In this document: positions 58,641 through 64,000 of the stretch, one piece after another
Layout of the letters: the number at the start of each line of letters is the position of its first letter
How positions within the stretch are numbered: the first letter of the stretch is position 1
Assembly: GCA_964552945.1 (NCBI GenBank)
Contig: CAZKIP010000002.1
Location: 136,990-200,989 of the forward strand
Length of the DNA: 64,000 nucleotides
Origin: an uncultured Methanosarcinales archaeon
Lineage (GTDB): Archaea; Nanobdellota; Nanobdellia; Woesearchaeales; GW2011-AR9
Direction of reading: 5' to 3'
Made by a program: the position numbers and the translations under genes
Notes under the pieces: model-generated
What the model saw: only the letters and a program-made list of their open reading frames with translations
What the model was told of the DNA's origin: nothing
Databases searched by the model: none

Positions 58641-59564
58641 CTAAATCCTCCTAACGATAATCGCTCTACTGAAATCATTCAATGTATCAAGTAATGGCTT
58701 CGCCTCTGAAATAACTGCAAACTCTTCGTGTTTCCATTTACTATTGTTAACTTTATTAACTAAAGCATATCTTTTGTGTACTAATTCCTTGGTAATTTTT
58801 CCTTTATGTAAAGCAGTAAACTGTTCATAGATTAAATTAAATATTTCTTCAAGTGAATCGATTACTTTTTTTGTAGCACCATATTCCTCAACCATTTCAC
58901 TAATATGTCTAAATTTATCAATCATCTTATCAACAATCATATACAAAGTAAACAAAAGTTGTTTCTCATAATTGCTTCTACTTGACTGATCAAGAATTCT
59001 TAGATAATAAATAATAAATTTGATTATTGCATCATGATATTCATACCTATTATCATGAAAATCATTTGTGTTGTTACGCAAACTAATTAACAATTCATCA
59101 GCCATATCCTTAAATAAATAATAAATTCTTTTCCCTATCTTGTCCAAATCTTTTTCATCACCGCTAATAAAACAATGTAACTCTGTCATATTTTTTGTTT
59201 GTGATACAATTTCCATACCTATAAGACGACTCACATGCCAAGTTACAATTGTTTTCAAATTTTTAGTTTTTATACCTTTATGAAATGGAATTTCCGATTT
59301 AGAATAAGTTAAAATAATTTTATTATAATTTGTTATATATAATGTTTCTAAATGTCTAAACAACAAGTAATCATCTAAATCATCAATATTCAAAGTGATT
59401 TCTTTATCATCATTATTTTTTGGACCTAAAGAGAAACAGATTTCATTATTAAATAATGAAGTTTCCAATTCATCACCAACTTTAACGCCTGCCTTCTTAA
59501 CCCAACCAGAAGGTAAACTAACAGTTAAGGTATTGGTACCAACTCGATTAATTTTTCTTTTCAT
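58641..59564 (-). CDS. AbrB-PhoU type archaeal phosphate-uptake regulator family protein
   Basis: MKRKINRVGTNTLTVSLPSGWVK ... GDEL, IGMEIV. Confidence 0.85.
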   Translation of the reverse strand: MKRKINRVGTNTLTVSLPSGWVKKAGVKVGDELETSLFNNEICFSLGPKNNDDKEITLNIDDLDDYLLFRHLETLYITNYNKIILTYSKSEIPFHKGIKTKNLKTIVTWHVSRLIGMEIVSQTKNMTELHCFISGDEKDLDKIGKRIYYLFKDMADELLISLRNNTNDFHDNRYEYHDAIIKFIIYYLRILDQSSRSNYEKQLLFTLYMIVDKMIDKFRHISEMVEEYGATKKVIDSLEEIFNLIYEQFTALHKGKITKELVHKRYALVNKVNNSKWKHEEFAVISEAKPLLDTLNDFSRAIIVRRI

Positions 59565-59805
59565 TGTAAATCTTCTATTAAAACCAAATATATTCTATGT
59601 CAAAATCATTACTCTTATAAATACTTTTCCACAAATAATTACATAATTACAAATAATAATTATAATTGGTAAAAATATATATCTGTCAACTACCTAACTA
59701 GGAATATGTCCGGAGAAAATGGACGTGTTCCAAACAAAACAAAAAATTAACATAATGTTTCAACAAAAACGTTCAATATTAAACAAATAAAAAAATAAAA
59801 TAAAA

Positions 59806-60249
59806 ATGAATCAAAAACAATACAAATTGCTTGGACATCTTCGGAAAAATTCCAGAGAGAAGCTTACAACCATAAGTAAAAAAACAAATATCCCCATCTC
59901 TACTCTATTCGATACTCTGAAAGAGATTCAAGGATCTTTGATATCAAAAAGTACCATCCTTCTAAATTATGAAAACCTAGGTTACCATGCCAGAGCAAAA
60001 GTATTCCTTAAAGTTGACAAGGAAGATAAAGAGAGATTGTGTAAACGTCTGCAATTTAGCAATAATGTTAATTCCATTTACAAAATTAACAACAATTGGA
60101 ATTTCATAGTTGAAACAGTTCATAAAAATGTGAAAGAACTAGATCAATTCCTAGAACAATTGCAATCAGACTTCAAAATAGAGGATAAACAAATCCACTA
60201 TTTAATTGAAGACATTAAGAGAGAGGGTTTTGAAGTCACCCCGACCTAA
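59806..60249 (+). CDS. Lrp/AsnC family regulator
   Basis: LRKNSREKLTTISKKTNIPISTLFD HTH, LGY, VNSIYKIN. Confidence 0.9.
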   Translation: MNQKQYKLLGHLRKNSREKLTTISKKTNIPISTLFDTLKEIQGSLISKSTILLNYENLGYHARAKVFLKVDKEDKERLCKRLQFSNNVNSIYKINNNWNFIVETVHKNVKELDQFLEQLQSDFKIEDKQIHYLIEDIKREGFEVTPT

Positions 60250-60808
60250 TTACCCTCTCTTTTTTTCTTCCTATATTTAGATCTTCCAGCTCAGCATTCC
60301 CACCACTGCTTCTAATCATTCTAATCCTCCCTACATCAACATAATCCTTCAAACCCATATTAAATAGGTAATGGGAAGGAACCATCTCTTCATACTCTCT
60401 TCTAAGTTCATTGTTATGGCAGCAAGTCATCACAGCAAAAGGTAATTCATTATCCAGCCCTAAAGAAATAACTTTCTCAGTTAATTTCCCACAAGCATGA
60501 ATTGATAACAACAATCCTTCCTCTAAATCACTTAAAGAATACAAATCCCTCTGCATAAATTCATAATTGCTTAAACCACTTTGTTCACTCAATTCTTTGA
60601 AACGATTTGTCTTGTTATTATCAACAAAATGAACAAAGGCATCCTTGTTTCTTTCAAGGATATAAAAGCCAAGCATTCCACTTCCACAACAAAGGTCATA
60701 GATTGTCCCATTTAAATGAAAATGTTCTTCAACTAGTTCAACAAAATTTTTTACCTTATTGTAATCTCTTAAATCCTTCTTGGTTCTAACTAAATCAAGT
60801 AAAGCCAT
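60236..60808 (-). CDS. SAM-dependent methyltransferase (Methyltransf_32-like)
   Basis: IYDLCCGSG, IHACGKLT, TCCH. Confidence 0.85.
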   Translation of the reverse strand: MALLDLVRTKKDLRDYNKVKNFVELVEEHFHLNGTIYDLCCGSGMLGFYILERNKDAFVHFVDNNKTNRFKELSEQSGLSNYEFMQRDLYSLSDLEEGLLLSIHACGKLTEKVISLGLDNELPFAVMTCCHNNELRREYEEMVPSHYLFNMGLKDYVDVGRIRMIRSSGGNAELEDLNIGRKKERVIRSG

Positions 60809-60830
60809 TAGCAATTCAAATTAATGAACC

Positions 60831-62315
60831 CTATTTCTCAGGACGCATGAAAGGAAACAAGATGACATCTCTTATAGAGGGTTGTTCTGTTAACAACATA
60901 ACCATTCTATCAATTCCTAAACCCAATCCTCCCGTAGGAGGCATTCCATACTCTAAAGCCCTGACAAAATCTCCATCGTAAGGATGTGCTTCTTCATTAC
61001 CTGCCCTCAATTGTTCAACCTGCTCTGCAAACAATTGCCTTTGTAGGATAGGATCATTCAACTCTGAGTAAGCATTTCCAATCTCCATCCCTGCAACAAA
61101 TGGTTCAAATCTTTCAATAAGATTAGGGTCTCTACGATGACCCTTACATAGTGGAGTGCTTTCTTTTGGATGGTCTGTGATAAATACAGGACCAACTAAA
61201 GTATCTTCAACATATTGCTCAAACAATTCTTGAACAACTTCTCCCCTAGATTCGTCATCGCCCACGTAGGGGATATTTGATAAATCTCTTCTTGCAATTT
61301 CCGCTGCAATCTCTGCCTTATCCATGTTACTTACATCTAAACCTAGAACTCTGTTGATAGCATCATACATGGTAACCCTTTCCCATGGTGTTTTAAAATC
61401 AATTTCATGGTCTTGATAATTAATTCTAGTACTGCCATTAACTTCATTGAAAATATGTTCATACATGGTTTCAGTTAACTCCATCATGTCATTATAATCA
61501 GCAAAAGCCCAATAACATTCCATCATTGTAAATTCTGGGTTGTGAGTTTTGTCAATTCCCTCATTACGGAAATTCTTACAGATGGTATAATTCTTATTTA
61601 GCCCACCAACAATTAACCTTTTCAAATACAACTCAGGGGAAATGCTAAGATACAAAGGAATACCTAAAGCATTTAGAGTTGTAGTGAAAGGGCGTGCAGA
61701 AGCTCCACCATAGATAGATTGTAAAGTAGGAATTTCTACTTCTAAAAATCCTTTACCATCAAGAAACTTTCTCATTTCGCTTATTGCTTTAGATCTTTTA
61801 ACAAAAACTTCCCTTACTGCAAGGTCTGTCATTAAATCAAGTGACCTCTGTCTATACCTAATTTCCTTATCTTTAACTCCATGAAATTTATCTGGTAAAT
61901 TTCTTAAAGATCTGGTTAGAATTTGGTAATCTCTTACATCGATAGAAACTTCTCCTCTTCTTGATTTACAAGGAACTCCTTCAATCCCAACAATATCACC
62001 TACTGCAAAACCAGTTAAATCTTTGTAACCTTCACTTCCTAATTTGTTCTTTCTTACTAATAGTTGGACTCTACCTTCACCATCATCTAAATCAATGAAA
62101 GCAATTTTTCCCATTCTTCTTTGAGACATAATTCTTCCACCTAAGGAAACTTTTCCTTCAAGTGATTGTCCTGGTTCAAGCTTGTCTGCTTCTTTTTTTA
62201 TTTTGGCAGAATCTGTGTTAACTTCAAATCTGTATGGGTATGGGTTATCTCCTTTATCCCTCATCTCTTTAACCAATGCAACTTTAACTGCGTTCAATCC
62301 TTCTTCCAATTTCAT
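60831..62315 (-). CDS. lysS: class II lysyl-tRNA synthetase
   Basis: OB anticodon domain, YRQR, YGGASARPF, SPELYLKRL, FRNEG, HNPEFT, YSELNDP, GMPPTGGLGLGIDR. Confidence 0.97.
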   Translation of the reverse strand: MKLEEGLNAVKVALVKEMRDKGDNPYPYRFEVNTDSAKIKKEADKLEPGQSLEGKVSLGGRIMSQRRMGKIAFIDLDDGEGRVQLLVRKNKLGSEGYKDLTGFAVGDIVGIEGVPCKSRRGEVSIDVRDYQILTRSLRNLPDKFHGVKDKEIRYRQRSLDLMTDLAVREVFVKRSKAISEMRKFLDGKGFLEVEIPTLQSIYGGASARPFTTTLNALGIPLYLSISPELYLKRLIVGGLNKNYTICKNFRNEGIDKTHNPEFTMMECYWAFADYNDMMELTETMYEHIFNEVNGSTRINYQDHEIDFKTPWERVTMYDAINRVLGLDVSNMDKAEIAAEIARRDLSNIPYVGDDESRGEVVQELFEQYVEDTLVGPVFITDHPKESTPLCKGHRRDPNLIERFEPFVAGMEIGNAYSELNDPILQRQLFAEQVEQLRAGNEEAHPYDGDFVRALEYGMPPTGGLGLGIDRMVMLLTEQPSIRDVILFPFMRPEK

Positions 62316-63490
62316 TTTTCTGCCTCCAAGCCATCTTCAACTTTTTTATTTAAAACCAAATAATTATGAATTTCGTCTTCTCTAACAACAACTCCACAGC
62401 CGGGCGTATCAGTAACACTAATTAGAATTTCATCTTTCTCAACACCATCACCTAAAGATTTCTGCAATCTGCTAAAAGAAGATAATTCTGCACTTACAAA
62501 ATTTCTGTGTGAAAGAAATGCATGAATACCCATAGAAATACCAAGCTGTGATTCAAGCATAGAACCAATTTGACAAGGGACGCCATATTTTTCTGCTAGC
62601 TCAGCAATTCTTAAAGCTTCAAAAATTCCTCCCGTCTTCATCAATTTAACATTAATCAAATCTACAGCTTTTAATTCCAAAAGAAGCTTGGCATCATTAT
62701 AATTATGTACAGACTCATCGGCCATTAATTTAACATTACATATGTTTTTAATTGTTTTAAATCCTAATTTATCATCAGCAATAATAGGTTGTTCAATCCA
62801 ATCAAGGAAACCTTCCATTCTTTTAATGACTTTAACTGCATCACTTGCACAATGATACCCTTGATTTGCATCCAAGGCCAATTTAATAGAAGGATTTATT
62901 CTATTAATGATCTCTCGAGAATTTCTTACCACCGCTATATCTCTAATAAAAGGGTCATCTCCTTCACTTCTTATCCCTCCTTTAAGCTTAATTACCTTAA
63001 CACCTTTAAGAGCCATCTCCTCAACTCTATTCAAAGTTTCTTCAATAGGATAAATTCCAATAACTCCATTACTCTCAACTTTTTCATTTAAACCACCAAA
63101 AAGTTCATAGAGCGGTTTCTCAACAAATTTCCCATAAGCATCAAGTAACGATTGTTCTAATGCTGCTTTAGCAGAGGGAGCACCCCAAACACTTTTTGAA
63201 ATAATTTCCATCAAATTTTTTACATCGTCCAATGAATCAACATCATGTCCTATCAAATTAAGTCCTGTTCTTTTCTCATCCAAAAGATGATTAATTACAT
63301 CAATAACTCCAAATTGGGTCTCTCCTGTAACTTCCCATGCTGGAATAGCTTCTCCATAACCAATCAAACCATTATCCATGGTTACTTTTACAATAACATA
63401 GAACATATCATCGTTTACAACATTACTAATTACAAAAGGTTCTTTGAATTTCAATTTTACTGGAAATGTTTCAATAGATTTTATTTTCAT
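62312..63490 (-). CDS. dipeptide epimerase (L-Ala-D/L-Glu epimerase-like, enolase superfamily)
   Basis: GYGEA, VTGET, KLK, DANQ, EQP, ADES, NVKLMKTGG, GSMLES. Confidence 0.9.
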   Translation of the reverse strand: MKIKSIETFPVKLKFKEPFVISNVVNDDMFYVIVKVTMDNGLIGYGEAIPAWEVTGETQFGVIDVINHLLDEKRTGLNLIGHDVDSLDDVKNLMEIISKSVWGAPSAKAALEQSLLDAYGKFVEKPLYELFGGLNEKVESNGVIGIYPIEETLNRVEEMALKGVKVIKLKGGIRSEGDDPFIRDIAVVRNSREIINRINPSIKLALDANQGYHCASDAVKVIKRMEGFLDWIEQPIIADDKLGFKTIKNICNVKLMADESVHNYNDAKLLLELKAVDLINVKLMKTGGIFEALRIAELAEKYGVPCQIGSMLESQLGISMGIHAFLSHRNFVSAELSSFSRLQKSLGDGVEKDEILISVTDTPGCGVVVREDEIHNYLVLNKKVEDGLEAEK

Positions 63491-64000
63491 TTTTCTACAC
63501 CTATTCTTAGAATCATATTTGGATCAGGAGAAATTGTTACAAATTCATCTCTTTCTTCCAATGTAACAACGCCCTTCATCTTGCTTAAATCTCTAACAAT
63601 TTGAAAATGTAGATGAGGGGGCCAATTGCCATTCAAAGGAAAGTTTCCTACTTCTCCCACCTGCTCACCTTTTCTAACGACTTGTCCTTTCTTCTTTCCA
63701 TCCAAAGATGCTAAACTTAAATGGGCATACATTGTATAGAAAGTAACTCCTTGAACAATATGTTTGAGAATTATTCTGGGACCAAAATCTCCTTTTCCAG
63801 AGTCCCTATTTTCTACTAAAAAATATTCTGCATCAAGAGGAGCTAAAACACTTGTTCCAGCAGGAACCCATAAATCAACACCCAAATGTACGGTCCTTTT
63901 TCTGTAAAATAATTGTGTTAAGTAAATCTCTCTCTCCTCATTATACTTACCTATTCCAATTACAGCATTATTTTCATCAAGTTTTGAATTGATATAGGCT
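63487..64000 (-). CDS. M23 family Zn metallopeptidase (5' end outside the window)
   Basis: Frame open to the window end: GIGKYNEER ... RTVHLGVD (HxxxD) ... YAHL ... PHLHFQ (HxH); ATGA overlap with the epimerase. Confidence 0.9.
   Translation of the reverse strand, partial: AYINSKLDENNAVIGIGKYNEEREIYLTQLFYRKRTVHLGVDLWVPAGTSVLAPLDAEYFLVENRDSGKGDFGPRIILKHIVQGVTFYTMYAHLSLASLDGKKKGQVVRKGEQVGEVGNFPLNGNWPPHLHFQIVRDLSKMKGVVTLEERDEFVTISPDPNMILRIGVEK

Overview
Strongly AT-rich, gene-dense archaeal DNA, most consistent with a DPANN archaeon such as Woesearchaeota. This placement is inferred from rpl21e-rpo4-DUF655, Elp3, diphthine synthase, BRE/TATA-type promoters and a patchwork of bacterial-type metabolic genes. 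I see no rRNA, tRNA, CRISPR array, transposase or integrase. Recognisable blocks: (1) an orphan five-gene operon (971-10980) with a long coiled-coil protein, an SNF2-like helicase fused to a SAM methyltransferase, and a divergent AAG/MPG glycosylase-fold protein; (2) a PerR/Fur-ferredoxin-AhpC-SOD cluster with a perfect 11-1-11 operator; (3) a circularly permuted CcdA beside a DipZ-like redoxin; (4) Lrp / GNAT / TyrRS-TrpRS-like paralog lacking HIGH and KMSKS / amino-acid racemase, a candidate biosynthetic cluster; (5) a glycogen-to-oxidative pentose phosphate run; (6) an APC amino-acid permease fused to a complete voltage-sensor domain; (7) argGH; (8) two Ser/Thr kinases behind a duplicated 62-bp promoter, one with a WNK-type lysine arrangement; (9) M23 peptidase, dipeptide epimerase, class II LysRS and a methyltransferase. 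All family calls come from motifs recognised by eye; no database searches were run.
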